This document shows positions 63,502 to 64,000 of a DNA stretch of 64,000 nucleotides, piece by piece; the first letter of the stretch is position 1; each line of letters opens with the position of its first letter. The stretch lies in contig CBDCSC010000002.1 of NCBI GenBank assembly GCA_965221335.1, forward strand, positions 25,076 through 89,075, read 5' to 3'. Source of the DNA: Gammaproteobacteria bacterium (GTDB lineage: Bacteria > Pseudomonadota > Gammaproteobacteria > Eutrophobiales > Eutrophobiaceae). The notes beneath the pieces are model-generated. The model had not been told where the DNA came from, did not search any database, and saw only the letters and a program-made list of their open reading frames with translations. The translations under genes were made by a program, and so were the position numbers.

Positions 63502-64000
63502 ATGAATTACCTCAGAGTTAAACTGCTTGCCCTGCTTGTCGGTATCAGCCTGATAAGTCCCTCCGCTGCTGTCACAGTCGTGCCGCCGCCACCGGAGATC
63601 GAAGCTGTCTCCTACTTGATCATGGACGCGGACACCGGGTCTTACCTGGCCGAAAAAAATACAGACCGCAGGGTAGACCCCGCCAGCCTGACGAAGATCA
63701 TGACCGCCTACGTGGCAGCCAGCCAAATCTCCGGCGGCCATATCTCGATGACCGACCAGGTAACTGTCAGTGAGCGGGCATGGCGCATGGGAGGATCGCG
63801 CATGTTCATCGAGGCAGGGAAGCAGGTCAGTGTCGAAGACCTGTTGAAAGGCGTGATAATCCAATCCGGCAATGATGCCAGCGTGGCATTGGCGGAGCAC
63901 ATTTCCGGTACTGAAGATGCTTTCGCCGACCTGATGAACCAATACGCGGCCGAGCTGGGGATGAAGCACAGCCATTACGTGAACAGTTCCGGCTGGCCTG
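63502..64000 (+). CDS. dacA: D-alanyl-D-alanine carboxypeptidase (PBP5/6 family), 5' partial
   Basis: Signal peptide; active-site SLTK and the SGN motif (…DPASLTKIMT…IQSGNDA…). Truncated by the window end. Confidence 0.85.
   Translation, partial: MNYLRVKLLALLVGISLISPSAAVTVVPPPPEIEAVSYLIMDADTGSYLAEKNTDRRVDPASLTKIMTAYVAASQISGGHISMTDQVTVSERAWRMGGSRMFIEAGKQVSVEDLLKGVIIQSGNDASVALAEHISGTEDAFADLMNQYAAELGMKHSHYVNSSGWP

Overview
This is a 64-kb, moderately GC-rich segment that reads like a gammaproteobacterial chromosome. Conserved core operons are interleaved with several lower-GC accessory islets, and I see no rRNA, tRNA, CRISPR array, transposase or integrase.

Core content:
- An isovaleryl-CoA / leucine catabolic operon (isovaleryl-CoA dehydrogenase, methylcrotonyl-CoA carboxylase beta, methylglutaconyl-CoA hydratase, methylcrotonyl-CoA carboxylase alpha) on the minus strand at 13.6-19.4 kb.
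- NADP-malic enzyme maeB.
- O-acetylhomoserine sulfhydrylase metY.
- gatCAB followed by mreBCD-mrdA-rodA-mltB-rlpA-dacA at 52.7-64 kb.

Accessory or unusual content:
1. A diverged PaaA/B/C/D-type di-iron CoA-ester oxygenase cluster with non-canonical gene order and a split PaaD, next to an AAE7-like short-chain acyl-CoA ligase, a stand-alone 2Fe-2S ferredoxin and a CoA-binding protein.
2. Two AT-rich islets flanking maeB, each carrying an SDH/ClpP-like serine protease and a tiny ORF. The left one also carries an unknown 235-aa protein.
3. A mauB-mauA (TTQ amine dehydrogenase) pair lacking the usual maturation genes, preceded by a TonB-dependent receptor.
4. TrpB2, NDH-2 and a multicopper oxidase fused to a CopB-like beta-barrel tail.
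5. A secreted creatininase-family-TPR fusion.
6. A toxin-antitoxin / ATPase islet: wHTH-MNT + HEPN, RHH, AAA+DUF4143, VapBC, a 438-aa AAA ATPase and a HicB-like gene.
7. A catabolic cluster: VOC dioxygenase, GntR, ALDH7-type dehydrogenase, RraA-like, CoxG, and a three-subunit molybdenum hydroxylase.
8. A PchF/PchC-like flavocytochrome, plus cupin, RidA and an outer-membrane protein.
9. A dispersed multi-hairpin REP/MITE-like repeat present at two loci, and a 2 x 49-bp tandem repeat.

The most likely candidate for an undescribed system is the duplicated SDH-protease module flanking maeB; the atypical Paa-like oxygenase cluster is the second candidate.
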